Assembly: GCA_030390025.1 (NCBI GenBank)
Contig: CM059438.1
Location: 61,692,001-61,756,000 of the forward strand
Length of the DNA stretch: 64,000 bases
Direction of reading: 5' to 3'
DNA from: Squalus acanthias
Taxonomy: Eukaryota
The position numbers and the translations under genes are program-made. The notes beneath the pieces were generated by a model. That model had not been told where the DNA came from, ran no database searches, and worked only from the letters and a program-made list of their open reading frames with translations. This document shows positions 1 through 12,715 of this stretch, in pieces. Within the stretch, counting starts at the first letter, position 1. Every line of letters starts with the position of its first letter.

Positions 1-625
1 ACTGGAGTTTCTCGGCATCCTCCTCACAGCACACACGCCCACCCAGCTTTGTGTCATCTGCAAACTTGGAGATATTACATCTAGTTCCCTTGTCTAGATC
101 ATTAATATATATTGTGAATAGCTGGGGTCCAAGGACCGATCCCTGCAGTACCCCACTAGTCACTGCCTGCCACTTGGAAAAAGACCCATTTATTCCAACT
201 CTTTGCTTTCTGTCTGCCAACCAGTTCTCTATCCAAGTCAATACCTTGCCCCCAATCCCATGTGCCTTAACTTTACATGCTAATCTCTTAGGCGGGACCT
301 TATCGAAAGCCTTTTGAAAGTCCAAATACACCACATCCACTGGTTCTCCCTTATCTATTTTACCAGTTACATCCTCAAAAAATTCCAGTAGATTAGTGAA
401 GCATGATTTACCTTTTGTAAATCCATGTTGACTTTGTCCGATCCGGTCACTGTTTTCCAAGTGCTCTGCTATTACATCTTTTATAATGGACTCTAGCATT
501 TTCCCCACTACCGATGTCAGGCTTACCGATCTGTAATTCCCCGTTTTCTCTCTACCACCTTTTTTGAATAGTGGGGTAACATTAGCTACCCTCCAATCCA
601 TGGGTATTGTTCCAGATTCCATCGA
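1..625 (-). mobile_element. CR1 (HER1-like) LINE RT fragment, runs off window start
   Basis: Minus strand reads as CR1 ORF2 RT ([28 protein letters not shown] motifs); the + ORF 51-317 is its antisense shadow. Confidence 0.9.
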
Positions 626-1480
626 ATGTTGGCCTTTATTACAAGAGGATTCGAGTATAAGAGTAAAGGTGTCTTACTGCAATTATATAGGGCCCTGGTG
701 AGACCACACCTGGAGTATTGTGTACAGTTTTGGTCTCCTTACCTAAGGAAGGATATACTTGCCATAGAGGGACTGCAATGAAGGTTTACCAGACTGATTC
801 CTGGGATGGGGGGGATTGTTCTATGAGGAGAGATTGAGTAGACTAGGCCTATATTCTCTGGAGTTTAGAAGAATGAGAGGTGATCTCTTTGAGACATACA
901 AAATTCTTACAGGGCTTGACAGGGTAGATGCAGGGAGGATGTTTCCCCTGGCTGGGGAGTCTAGAACCAGGGGTCACAATCTCAGAATAATGGGTCAGCT
1001 ATTTAGGACTGAGATGAGGAGAAATTTCTTCACTCAGAGGGTGGTGAATCTTTGGAATTCTCTACCCCAGAGGACTGTGGAGGCTCAGTCGTTGAGTATA
1101 TTCAAGATAGAGATCGATAGATTTTTGGATATTAAGCGAATTAAGGGATATGGGGATAGTGCAGGAAAGTGGAGTTGAGGTAGAAGGTCAGCCATGATCT
1201 CATTGAATGGCAGAGCAGGCTCGAGGGGCCGAATGGCCTACTCCTGCTCCTATTTCTTATGTTCTTATGGAAAGCTGGAACTCTCTCCCCCAAAAAGCTG
1301 TTGAGGCTGGGGGTCCATTGAAAATTTGAAAACTGAGATTGATAGATTTTTGTTGGGTAAGGGTGTTAAGGGTTATGGAACCAAGGCGAGTAAATGGAGT
1401 TAAGATACAGATCAGCCATGATCTAGTTGAATGCCAGAACAGGCTCGAGGGGCTGAATGGCCTCCTTCTGTTCCTACATT
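626..1480 (+). mobile_element. CR1 LINE 3' end(s) with 3' UTR and short-repeat tail
   Basis: ORF 816-1178 ([15 protein letters not shown]...[15 protein letters not shown]); 3' UTR ggccgaatggcctactcctgctcc with ttcttatgttcttatg tail; a second 3' end follows to about 1480. Confidence 0.9.
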
Positions 1481-1529
1481 CTTGAGGGTCAGGGAGCTGT
1501 TGCCAGAGTCTTGGGAATTTCCCTGTATC

Positions 1530-3260
1530 ACGGGCTATGGAGAAATTCCAAAAAGGAGACATATGTATGGAGGCAGAGGGTTTGGCTGAGGTACTAAATG
1601 TCTTCACCAAGGAAGGGGATGCTGCCATAGACATAGTAAAGGGGGAGGTAGTGGAGATGCTTCATAGGATAAAAATTGATAAAGAGGAGGTATTAGAAAA
1701 GCTGGCTGTACTTAAAGTAGATAAGTCACCAGGAGCGGATGGGATGCATCCTGATGCTGAGGGAATTGAGGGAGGAAATTGCAGAGGTACTGGCCATAAT
1801 ATTCCAATCCTCCTTAGATACGGGAGTGGTGCCAGAGGACTGGAGAATTGCAAATGTTACACCCTTGTTTAAAATAAACCCAGCAACTACAGGCCAGACA
1901 GTTTGACCTCGGTAGTGGGGAAGCTTTTAGAAACAGTAATCAGGGACAAAATTAACAGTCACTTGGACAAGTGTGGATTAATTAAGGAAAGCCAGCACGG
2001 ATTTGTTAAAGGCAAATCGTGTTTAACTAACTTGATTGAGTTCTTTATAAAGTAACAGAGAGGGCTGATGAGGGTAATGCAGTTGACGTAGTGTACATGG
2101 ATTTCCAAAAGGTGTTCGACAAAGTGCCACATAATAGGCTTGCCAGCAAAGTTGAAGCCCATGGAATAAAAGTGGCAGCATGGATACAGAATTAGCTAAG
2201 TGATAGGAAACAGAGAGTAGTGGTGAACTGTTGTTTTTCGGACTGGAGGAAGGTATATAGTAGTGTTCCCCAGGGGTCGGTTCTAGGACCATTGCTTTTC
2301 TTGATATATATTAATGACTTGGACATGGGTGTACAGGGCACAATTTCAAAATTTGCAGATGACACAAAACTTGGAAGTATAGTGAACAGTGAGGAAGAGA
2401 GTGATAGACTTCAGGAAGACATAGACAGGCTGGTGAAATGGCGGACACGTGGCAGATGCAATTTAACACAGAAAAGTATAAAGTGATACGTTTTGGTAGA
2501 AAGAATGAGGAGAGGACATATAAATTAAATGGTACAATCCTGAAGGGGGTGCACGAACAGAGAAACCTGGGGGTATGTGTGCACAAATAGTTGAAGGTGG
2601 CAGGGCAGGTTGAGAAAGCAGTTAAAAAGGCTTATGGGATCCTGGGCTTCATAAATAGAGGTATAGAGTTCAAAACTGTGGAAATTATGATGAACGTGTA
2701 TAAAACACTGGTTCGGCCCCAACTGGAGTACTGTGTCCAATTCTGGGCACCACACTTTAGGAAGCATGTGAAGGCCTTAGAGAGGGTGCAGAAAAGATTT
2801 ACGAGAATGATTCCAGGAATGAGGGACTTCAGTTACGTTGATAGACTGGAGACGCTGGGGTTGTTCTCCTTGGAGCAGAGAAGATATAGAGGTGTTCAAA
2901 ATCATGAGGGGTCTGGACAGGGTAGATAGAGGGAAACTGTTCCCATTGGCAGAAGGGTCGAGAACCAGAGGACACAGATTTAAGGTGATTGGCAAAAGAA
3001 CCAAAGGCAACGTAAGAAAAAACTTTTACGCAGCGAGTGGTTAAGATCTGGAATGCACTGCCTGAAAGGGTGGTGGAAGCAGATTCAATCACAGCTTTCA
3101 AAAGGGAATTGGGTAAGTATCTGAAGGAAAGAAATTTGCAGTGCTACGGGGAAAGGGCGGGGGAGTGGGACTAGCTGAAGTGCTCTTGCAGAGAGCTGGC
3201 ATGGGCTCGATGGGCTGAATGGCCTTCTTCCATGCTGTAACCATTCTATGATTCTATGAT
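1530..3260 (+). mobile_element. Degenerate 5'-truncated CR1 LINE
   Basis: Frameshifted RT pieces ([48 protein letters not shown]); attctatgattctatg tail. Confidence 0.9.
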
Positions 3261-3745
3261 AGTGGTGACATTCTTGCCTCTGAGTCAGAAGGTTGTGGGT
3301 TCAAGCCCCACTCCAGGGAACTTGAGCACGAAATCTAGGCTGACACTCTAGTGCAGTGCTGAGGGAGTGCTTTTCATGACCTCAGGATGTCTCAAAAGCC
3401 AATGAGGTACTTCTGAAGTGCAGTCATTGTTGTAATGTAGGAAATGTGGCAGCCAATCTGTGCACAGCAAGCTCCCACAAACAGCAATGTGATAATGACC
3501 AGATAATCTGTTTTAGCGATGTTGATTGAGGGATAAATATTGGCCAGGACACCGGGGATAACTCCCCTGATCTTCTTCGAAATAGTGCCATGGGATCTTT
3601 TATGTCCACCTGAGAGAGCAGACTTGGCCACGGTTTAGCGTCTCATCTGAAAGACAGCACCGCCGACAGTGCAGCACTCCCTCAGCCTAGATTATGTGCT
3701 AGAGTCTCTGGAGTGGGACATGTGCCAACTGCGCCCTGACTGACA
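3261..3745. mobile_element. SacSINE1-like SINE pieces (+ head fused to a - copy)
   Basis: tRNA-like head (tctgagtcagaaggttgtgggttcaagccccactcc) then the reverse-complement body shared with copies at 4285, 18110, 26710, 38270 and 63200. Confidence 0.65.
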
Positions 3746-4075
3746 CCTTGGACAAAAAATACTTTCAAAAATGATTGTGAATGATTTGATCGGTTCAGTT
3801 TCTGTGTTTTATTTTTATTGATCGCTTTTGCTCAGATTTGTTTTGATTAGTTGCAGCCGAAAGGATTTTGAAAGAAAATTTGAAGTGATTTGATTGCTTC
3901 AAGTGGTTGTTTGCTTTATTGGCAGGTTTTGTTAAGTATGAAACATGAACGTAGAAAAACATGTGACACAGCAAGTGTGACGTGACAGAGAAGAACTACA
4001 CTGTCCAAGACCATTTCTTTTAAATAATATTATGGATATAGATATTTACTTAAGTTTTTTCACTGTTTTAAACAG

Positions 4076-4181
4076 CAACACATCTGCACGGTACGTTACC
4101 TTCAAGGAAATCAACTTCCAGGGTCAGCCGTACGACGAGCTTGCTGGACTGTCGGCGGAGCAGAAACAAAGACAACAGATG
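4076..4181 (+). CDS. Uncharacterised gene, exon A (NTSARYVTFKEINFQGQPYDELAGLSAEQKQRQQM)
   Basis: ttttaaacag acceptor, ATG|gtgag donor, 106 nt, phase 2 to 0; unique non-repeat sequence. Confidence 0.7.
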
Positions 4182-4284
4182 GTGAGCCCCACCTAACATA
4201 GGCTGCATGTTGCTCTCCGCGGTTTATCAGTCGCCTTGAATACGGCTGGCATGTTTGTAGCTGCGCATCTGCTGCCTTTTAATT

Positions 4285-4900
4285 AAAGAACTTGCATTTC
4301 TATAGCACCTTTCACAACCTCAGGACGTCCCAAAGCGCTTTACAGCCAATGAAGTACGTTTTCTTTTAAGTGTTGCCATGTAGGGAAACGCAGCAACCAA
4401 TGTCCCCCGTAAGCTGCGCTTTGTTCTGCGCGGCCTGTTTCTTGTACTGCGCAGTCCCTTTAAATTTCTGCGCCTGTGCAGTATTTACAATGTAAAGACT
4501 GGTGAGTGGCCTGCGCGGGACCTTTCACGTTACTGCACGGCCGCGCAGCTTAGAGGGAACTTTGGCGGTGGCCAATTTGCGCACAGCAAGGTCCCACAAA
4601 CAGCAAAGTGATAATGACCAGATAATCTGTTTTGGTGATGTTGGTTGAGGGATAAATATTGGCCAGGGCACCGGGGAGAACTCCCCTATTCTTCTTCAAT
4701 ATCGTGCCATGGGATCTTGAGAGGGCAGATGGGGCCTCGGTTTAACGTCTTATCTGAAAGACAGCACCTCCGACAGAGCAGCGCTCCCTCAGTACTGCAC
4801 TGGGATGTCAGCCTAGATTTATGTGCTCAAGTCTCCAGAGTGAGACTTGAACCCACAACCTTCTGACTCAAAAGACGAGAGTGCTACCAGTGAGGCAACG
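4285..4900 (-). mobile_element. SacSINE1-like SINE interrupted by a hAT MITE
   Basis: aagaacttgcatttctatagcacc end and tRNA-like head on the minus strand; MITE 4398-4564 splits the consensus at aaacgcagc|caatttgc. Confidence 0.7.
4398..4564. mobile_element. hAT-like MITE
   Basis: TIRs caatgtcccccgtaagctgcgc / gcgcagcttagagggaactttg; degenerate 8-bp TSD gcagcaac/gcggtggc. Confidence 0.75.
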
Positions 4901-5384
4901 CTGGGTATCCCTTGCTTTGTTATGGTGAAGCCTAAAAGGACTTACTTCTGTGCTTCCCCATGCCTGACTGTCCCTCTCTGTCAAAAATCAATCCAATACC
5001 TGACCCCACTAAATAGCTCCCATTGGAATTCAATTTACCCAGAACTGACTGCACCTTTTTTCTCCCTCTTACCAACCGTCATGTCTTAGATTAATAATAT
5101 ACTGTATACTAAAATGTTATTTTCTGATTGCCTCTTAAATATCATCATTGACTCAGCTTCAATAGTCCCTTACGGTTCAACATTGCACATCCTAATAACC
5201 CTTCATGTTAAAAAAAAAATCTTCTAACCTCCCCACCCAGCCCCACCCCGCATTTGCATTTCTGTTACTAATCCTGAGTTAACAGCTGGACTTTCCAATG
5301 TCGCAATTAGTAGGCCGCAACCCCTCAAATTTGGGCAGATGGTCTCTATGGCGATTACACGACCATCATTTTTCTGCTCCTTAG

Positions 5385-5554
5385 AGAAAGAAGGCAAAAA
5401 AAAAAGTGCCAACTGGTGGGCAGCCATACACCTTCCTTGCCAGACAAGAGCAGAGCCTCAAGTGGTGGAGGGACACAACACAGCCAATGGGTAAAGAGCA
5501 TGGAAATCAGCTGCCAGAGATGGAGAAGGGGCTCCTGGCTCAACTTAACCAGAG
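5385..5554 (+). CDS. Uncharacterised gene, exon B (RKKAKKKVPTGG...KGLLAQLNQ)
   Basis: ttttctgctccttag acceptor, AG|gtaatg donor, 170 nt open, phase 0 to 2, joins exons A and C in frame. Confidence 0.7.
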
Positions 5555-5596
5555 GTAATGTGCAAAAAGTGATCCTGGATCATTCGTTACGTTGAG

Positions 5597-5846
5597 CGAG
5601 TGAAATATTACCCACTGAGAATGAAATATTACCCACTGAGAGTGAAATATTACCCATAGAGAGTGAAATATTACCCATAGAGAGTGAAATATTACCCACA
5701 GAGAGTGAAATATTACCCACAGAGAGTGAAATATTACCCACAGAGAGTGAAATATTACCCATAGAGAGTGAAATATTACCCATAGAGAGTGAAATATTAC
5801 CCATAGAGAGTGAAATATTACCCACTGAGAGTGAAATATTACCCAC
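5597..5846. repeat. 21-bp minisatellite (gagagtgaaatattacccaNN), about 12 copies
   Basis: Direct inspection; produces the spurious GNISLS ORF. Confidence 0.95.
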
Positions 5847-6162
5847 TTAGAGTTCTAATCTTCAATTACTTCACCCACAAGGCCTCGGGGGACCTGTACT
5901 GTATTGGGGACCTGTGTTTTCAATAAGTTGCAGCAGAAACTTGCGTCTTATTCCTGAATTCAGTGCAGTTCGAACCCTGCCGGTTGGTGGCCTGAATGAG
6001 ATGATCTGCTCTGTGCCAATGTCCACCCCCTATAGCACTGGCAAGATGAATCGGCCGGGTTGACCAGAGCAGTGCCAGATGAATGCCTGTGCTTTAAGCC
6101 AAACCTATGTGTTTACGTCAACAGCACGAGAGATGTTGTATTCACACACAAAAGAAATCAAT

Positions 6163-6612
6163 GGGCGGCACGGTGGCATAGTGGTTAGCACTGGTGCCTC
6201 ACAGCGCCAGGAACCCAGGTTCGAATCCGGCCTCGGGTGACTGTCTGTGTGGAGTTTGCACATTCTCCCCGTGTCTGCGTGGGTTTCCTCCGGGTGCTCC
6301 GGTTTCCTCCCACAGTCCAAAAATGTGCGGGTTAGGTTGATTTGGCTATGATAAATTGACCCTTAGTGTTAGGGGGGGATTAAATATGTGGGGTTACGGG
6401 GATAGGATGGGATATGTTAGGGGGAATTAAATACGTGGGGTTACGGGGATAGGGTGGGATATGTGTCGGTGCAGGCTCGATGGGGATTCTGTGGGGGAAA
6501 GCAGGGACAGGGTATTGGATTTGGATGATCAGCCATGATCGTATTGAATGGCGGAGCAGGCTCGACGGGCCGAATGGCCTACTCCTGCTCCTAGTTTCTA
6601 TGTTTCTATGGT
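6163..6612 (+). mobile_element. HE1-like V-SINE
   Basis: tRNA-derived A/B boxes (tggcatagtgg...ggttcgaatcc), V-domain gtgtggagtttgcacattctccccgtgtctgcgtgggtttcctccgg, CR1-derived 3' tail. Confidence 0.85.
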
Positions 6613-7350
6613 TCTAATGGTACAGCTTTTCACACCCCTTCACCTGCTCCTGGGACTTTACTTCACGTTGTGCAGTCAAATGCAGGGATTCTGGGGAAAG
6701 CGCATTATCTCCAACTCTTTCTGTGCTCCAGCAACCACGGGGATTCCATTAGTAATTCAGAGGCCTGGACTAATAATTCAGAGAACGTGAGTTCAAACCT
6801 CACCACTGGCACTGAATTTGAATTCAGTTAAGAAAAAGCTGGAACTAGAAAATGCTGGAATCGGTAAAAGTGACCGTGAAGCTGTCAGATTGGTAAATAC
6901 CCAACTGGATCGCTAATGTCCTTTAGGGAAGGAAACATGCCGTCCTTACCCGGGCTGGCCTATATGTGACTCCAGTTCCACATCAACGTGATTGACTCTT
7001 AACTGCCCTCTGAAGTCTAGCAAGCCATTCGGTTGTCAAAGCAACTAAGGCTGGGCAATAAATGCCATCCTTGCCAGAAATGCCCAGATCCCGTGAATGG
7101 ATTGTTAAAAATTGAGAGATTCCATTTGAGCATTATCAAAAAGTTGCTCACAACATGGAAGCATTGGATAGTCATAGTCAGTGGTGTTTATGGGAGCAAC
7201 TCCATAAATAAATGTTCAAAGCACATGCCATCCAATAAATACCAAATGTCTTTTAGATCAAGCATTCGGATGTCTTTAATTATTGTACATGGAATGGAAG
7301 CTTCAGTCCCAGTGTCCCCATCGCTCATTCACTGCATTCTGTCTGCTTTA

Positions 7351-7555
7351 TACCTGGAAGTGTTTGATGGGACAGTGCAGAGGGAGCCTTACTCTGGATC
7401 TAACCCGTGCTGTACCTGCCCTGGGAGTGTTTGATGGGACAGTGCAGAGGGAGCCTTACTCTGGATCTAACCCGTGCTGTACCTGACTTGGGAGTGTTTG
7501 ATGGATTTGTGTAGAGAGAGCTTTACTCTGGATCTCACCAATACTGTACCTGACC
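7351..7555. repeat. 67-bp tandem repeat, about 3 copies
   Basis: agtgtttgatgg recurs at 7359, 7426 and 7493; diverged relatives near 16530-16620 and 19975-20130. Confidence 0.9.
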
Positions 7556-7816
7556 TGTGCTTAATGCCAACAGCCCAGATCTCACTTCAATCGCTAATTT
7601 TTTTTTACCACCGATGTGAAGTGCTTCAATTGGCAGTTGTGATCAGAACTTAACATAATGGGCCAAGTAAAATGCTGGTTGGACTTGCTGGATAAAGTGG
7701 GTGTAGGTCAGTTCCTAGATACTCGTGACCAGATGGTTGCAGAATCTCTTGCTCGTTCTCTTGCTGTCAACTGTCTTTGTAAGTACAATAAGTCTCCGTG
7801 TCTTTACCCACTGTAG

Positions 7817-8033
7817 TGACCATGCAGCTGAACAGGGCCTGAGACAGCAGCACGCCATGGCCAACAGCCAACCTTCATTCAGTGGCTACGTGTGTCAGGG
7901 TCCTAGAAGAATCCCAGCTCACGTTATGCCTGTCCCAGTCAACAAGAAAGTTACTCTGCACCACTTCACTGAGAGGCAGCAGCAAGCTCGGTCAACCGCC
8001 CGCTACAGCGGCCCCTACAGAATGGATGACCAG
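7817..8033 (+). CDS. Uncharacterised gene, exon C (DHAAEQG...RYSGPYRMDDQ)
   Basis: ctttacccactgtag acceptor, CAG|gtcag donor, 217 nt, phase 2 to 0, within ORF 7725-8228. Confidence 0.7.
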
Positions 8034-9709
8034 GTCAGACAAGGATGTCACAACAAGTTGGACCCTATAGTTGAAATTTGCTTTGGGTCTAGAAGCTCAC
8101 CTCCTTTCAGTGTAGGTGCCAATGGACTGGACATAGAGGGAGGTGTGGGGCTGGGGTGGGGGGGGTGGGGTCAGGAAGGAGATTCAGATATGGACTTGTC
8201 TTTTCCTTGGATGCAGGAAAGATTCTGATTAACCCATTCATCTCTACTGTGGGCAGGAGCACGCCACCAAAGGCAAGGTTAGCAACGTCTGCCCAAAGTG
8301 ATGACACGGCCTAGACCCCCAACTAGTGTATGTAATATTTAGAAGGGAGCAGGGGGTGGGGGGGAGGATATCTGCTGGGTAGGGCTCACCTCAGTGTAAG
8401 TGCTGAGATGCACCCCACCCCGGACTTCCACCGCAGACCCCGGCAAGGCTTGTCAGGGCAGGGGGTGGTCCTGCAATTTACACGCCTCCAGTGGGCTCAG
8501 GCACATCTGGAGTGGTGCCCGCCGAAGAGGCCAGAAAGTCTGGTCGAAGAGTCGTGCGGTAAGGAGGTGCCAGGCCTCCCCCGCTCCCCCCCCCCCCCCC
8601 ATTCCCGGAGAAAGCCGAAGGTGCCCCCTCCATGGCCCCCTTACGAGAGAGGATGCATTGGAGCAATTGAAAACAAGAATTCCGCCCACGTCTTCGGTGG
8701 CCCAGACCTGGGTCCTGGCCTTGGTCCCTAGTTGGGCCCCATTACCACTGATGGGGTTGCTGATACACCTGGTCTGACCGAGTGTACCATATGCCAGATC
8801 CCAAATGAGGTCCAGAGCACTGGAATGCCGACATTCTCAGTTACTCTCTCCTTTTCCACTTCCCCCCCCCCACCGCCACACAGGCCATCCTGGAAACTTG
8901 GCTGGGACCAGACATATCTGGGTCCCCCTTAGTTTCCAGCCATTCTGGAAGACCCCTGGGAAGAGAGAAGGGAAGGGGGAATGGTCTTATGGCTGCCAGA
9001 TGGAAGGGGAGTGCGTCAAACCAGGGTTTTTTTCCCCACCCACTGCCAAGGTGTCCCAGGCGCATTGTTCATGAGGGATTATTTTAAAGAGCTATATTTC
9101 ACCCGTGTTCGATTCCCGGTCTGTGTTAAGTTCGTTAATCTCCACCGGGGTGCTGACAGAGGCACTAAAATTTCCCCCTGCGGCCCTGGGTAAGAGAAGA
9201 GAAAATCAGCTATCATTCCTACTTCTGAATGCTCGGCTGCTGGAGCTTGCATGTGTATGAGTGCAGACCCCACCACTTAAAACGTCCACGTTTAAAATGG
9301 CCAGTTGCTTATATCGGGCAAAAAGCGATAACCATTATCCATTTGCATTAACGGCATTACGTTGCTGGTTATAGTTTAAGTGCTTCATCTATTTTGGGTT
9401 GTAACTATCTGTAACACCAAAGTTCTGATTGGTCCCCTTGGAGGCCAGACCAGATTTCTGATTGGTCCCCTTGGAGGACAAGACACACCCAGCAGTTTGT
9501 CTGGAATGTGTAATTAGATCCTGCCTGAGTAATCAAGTACTTTGCAATGTGTAATATGATCCATTCATTGTGACAGCCAGCTCCGGAGCTCAACAGTGCG
9601 GTTAGGAGCACTCACACTGCCGGTTTCAGATAGGAAAGGGTGAGGCCATGGAAGGATTTTAACATGAGGATGAGAATTTTTAAATCAAGATATTGGTGGG
9701 CAATGTTCC

Positions 9710-9851
9710 CCCAATACAAAAGCAAAATGCTGCGAATGCTGGAAATCTGAAATAAAAACAAAAAGTTCTGCAAACACTCAGCAGGTCAGGCAGCATCTGT
9801 GGAGAGAGAAACAGAGTTAACGTTTCAGGTCGATGACCTTTCTTCAGAACA
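9710..9851 (-). mobile_element. Penelope-like terminal repeat with minimal hammerhead ribozyme motif
   Basis: Minus strand 9850-9816 = gtt CTGAAGA a aggtc-atc-gacct GAAA cgtt aac; same repeat family as the one ending the Penelope fragment at 27387. Confidence 0.7.
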
Positions 9852-10551
9852 GAGAGTCAAAAATGCCTTGTAAATAATCACTCCGTTTATTTTGGGCAGA
9901 ATCAGCTGTGCTTACTCTTTAGTTCGCACCTTGTTAAGGTGCACTAAATGCAAGAACAAACATAAGTAAGCAATTAAGTACATAACACCTCATTAATGTT
10001 CGATTACCATTTGTGTGCTAAAACCCTTCTAATCCCTTCTAAATGGTGTGGGGTTACAGTTTATACGAAGGACTGACCACAGTTTAAATAAAGCTGCAGG
10101 TCAGAGTGGAGCTGGAAATGGTGGGGCAAAAGGTCACAACACAGAAGGAACATTCTTGCTGTACAGTAGAGTCCTGTAATAGCGCTGCCACGTTATACCG
10201 GCCGTCGTGTAGAGCGGACAAATCGCTATAAGCGATGGGGTCCGCATTAGGTGTGGACTGGAATGGTTCAGCTGTCTTTCCACCCTCCCCCTGTCCATTG
10301 AACGATCTGTTGACAAGGGGCTGGAAGATGCCCTTGCAAGAGTCAGCATCATGAGAGCAGGGGAGAAAAATCAGAGGGAGAATTAGAGAAGGAGTTTTAT
10401 TTTAGAAAAGTACATCAGATTGGCAAGGGGCAGGAGAAACAGAATGGTCCTGTCGTGATCAGTCAGCAAGTGCAACAGGGTGTGCGTGCTTTGTCTGGTA
10501 ATCTCCTCAGCCCTTGCTACATTGTCTAACATTCTCCATCCTTTCTTTCAG

Positions 10552-10645
10552 TATTTGAAGGCCACTGATCAGGAGACCGTAAATCAGCAGAAGTGCATCG
10601 GCAACAATCTTTCTGCCTCCCAAGACAAGACATTCACAGATCAAG
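10552..10645 (+). CDS. Uncharacterised gene, exon D (YLKATDQETVNQQKCIGNNLSASQDKTFTDQ)
   Basis: Strong polypyrimidine cag acceptor; weak G|gttctt donor, 94 nt, phase 0 to 1, matches exon E. Confidence 0.6.
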
Positions 10646-10829
10646 GTTCTTGTTTCCAGTTATCCATTTACTTTACATTTCCTGGTGAAAGTTTGGGAGG
10701 AATTTTGAAGTGGCGGGGTGGGGGGGGCGGGGGCGGGGTGGCAGATAGAGTGGAAAGATTAACGGTTCCAAAAACTCTAAACAAAACCTTTTCCACACTG
10801 ATTCACTTCATGCGTTTCACAGATTGCTA

Positions 10830-12715
10830 AACCTTCCTAAATCACTGGTTAGGCCTCAGCTGCAGTATTGTGTCCAATTCTAGACACTGCACTTTAGGAA
10901 GGATGTCAAGGCCTTGGAGAGGAGATTTGCTAGAATAGTTGTCAGGAAAATGCTGGAATCCATCATTAAGGAAGTGGTAACAGGGCACTTAGAAAATCAT
11001 AATATGATTAGGCAGAGTCAACATGGTTTTGTGAAAGGGAAATCGTGTTTAACAAATTTATTAGAGTTTTTTGAGGATGTAACTAGCAGGATAGATAAAG
11101 GGGAACCAGTGGATGCAGTATATTTCGATTCCCAAAAGGCATTCGATAAGGTGCCACATAAAAGGTTGTTACGCAAGATAAGGGCTCATGGGCTTGGGGG
11201 TAATATATTAGCATGGATAGAGGATTGGTTAACGGACAGAAAACAGGGAGTAGGGATAAACAGGTCATTTTCACGTTGGCAGGCTGTAACTAGTGGGGTG
11301 TCGCAAGGATCAGTGCTTGGGTCTCAGCTATTTGCAATCTTAGATGAAGGGACCGAGTGTAATGTATCCAAGTTTGCTGACGATACAAAGCTAGGTGGGA
11401 AAGTAAGTTGTGAGGAGAACACAAAGAGCCTGCAAAGGGATATAGACAGGTTAAGTGAGTGGGCAATAACATGGCAGATGGAGTATAATGTGAGAAAATG
11501 TGAGGCTATTCACTTTGGTAGGAAGAATAGAAAAACAGAATATTTTTTAAATGGTGAGAAACTATTAAATGTTGGTGTTCAGAGAGATTTAGGTGTCCTC
11601 GGACAGGAAACACAGAAAGTTAGCATGCAGGTACATCAAGCAATTAGGAGGGCAAATAGCATGTTGGCCTTTATTGCAAGAGGGTTGGAGTAGAAGAGTA
11701 AGGAAGACTTGCTACAATTGTACAGGGCTTTGATGAGATCACACCTGGAGCACTGTGCACAGTTTTGATCTCCTTATCTGAGAAAGGACATACTTGCCTG
11801 AGAGGCGGTGCAACGAAGGTTCACTAGATTGATTCCTGGATTGAGAAGGTTGTCCTATGAGGAGAGATTGAGTAGATTGGGCCCATACTCTCTGGAGTTT
11901 AGAAGAATGAGAGGTGATCTCATTGATTCTGAAGGGGATTGACAGGGTAGATGCTGAGAGGTTGTTTCCCCTGGCTGGTGAGTCTAGAACTACGAGGCAT
12001 AGTCTCAGGATAAGGAGTCAGTCATTTAAGACTGAGATTAGGAGGAATTTCTTCACTCAGAGGGTTGTGAATCTTTGGAATTCTCTACCCCAAAGGGCTG
12101 TGGATGCTGAATCGTTGAGCATATTCAAGGCTGAGATAGATAGATTTTTGGACTCTAGGGGAATCGAGCGAAATGGGGATCGGGCGGGAAAGTGGAGTTG
12201 AGGTCGAAGATCTTATTGAATGGCAGAGCAGGTTTGAGGGGCCATATGGCCTTCTCCTGGTCCAATTTCTTATGTTCTTATGAGGGTCTTCAGTTGTGTG
12301 GAGAGACTAGGGAAGCTGGGATTCTTCTCCTTAGAGCAGAGAAGGTTAAGGGGAGATTTAATATAGAGGTGTTCAAAATTATGAGGGGTTTTGATAAAGT
12401 AGATCGGGAGAAATTGTTTCCAGTGGTAGGAGGGTCGGTAACCAGAGGACACAGATTTAAGGGAATTGGCAAAAGAACCAGGGAGAAGATAAGAAGAATT
12501 TGTTTTACGCAGCGAGTCGTTATGATCTGGATTGCACTGTCTGAAAGGGTGGTGGAAGCAGATTCAATAGTAACTTTCAAAAGGGAATTGAATATATACT
12601 AGAAAATAAAAATTTACAGGGGAGTGGGACTAATTGGATAGCTCTTTCAAAGAGACGGCACAGGCATGGTGGCCGAATGGCCTCTTCTGTGCTGTATGGT
12701 TCTATGGTTCTATGA
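10830..12715 (+). mobile_element. Nested CR1 LINEs (copy at about 10938-12279 inserted in an older CR1 3' end)
   Basis: Host reads gagatttgctagaatag | insert with RT ORF 10914-11693 and its own tail | atgagggtcttcagttg, which resumes the host. Confidence 0.85.

Noticed and set aside
3926..3980. Possible extra exon (VLLSMKHERRKTC) before exon A
   Set aside because: Good acceptor but no convincing phase-2 donor found; left unannotated
5580..5846. (GNISLS)n ORF
   Set aside because: Translation artefact of a 21-bp minisatellite
6163..6235. tRNA gene
   Set aside because: A/B boxes belong to the SINE head and run directly into the V-domain
8060..9180. GC-rich stretch ending aaaatttcccc as a possible TIR element or gene
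   Set aside because: No matching 5' TIR or TSD found; ORFs are low-complexity
9423..9477. Duplicated ttctgattggtccccttggagg with CCAAT boxes (solo LTR?)
   Set aside because: No LTR termini or TSD could be defined
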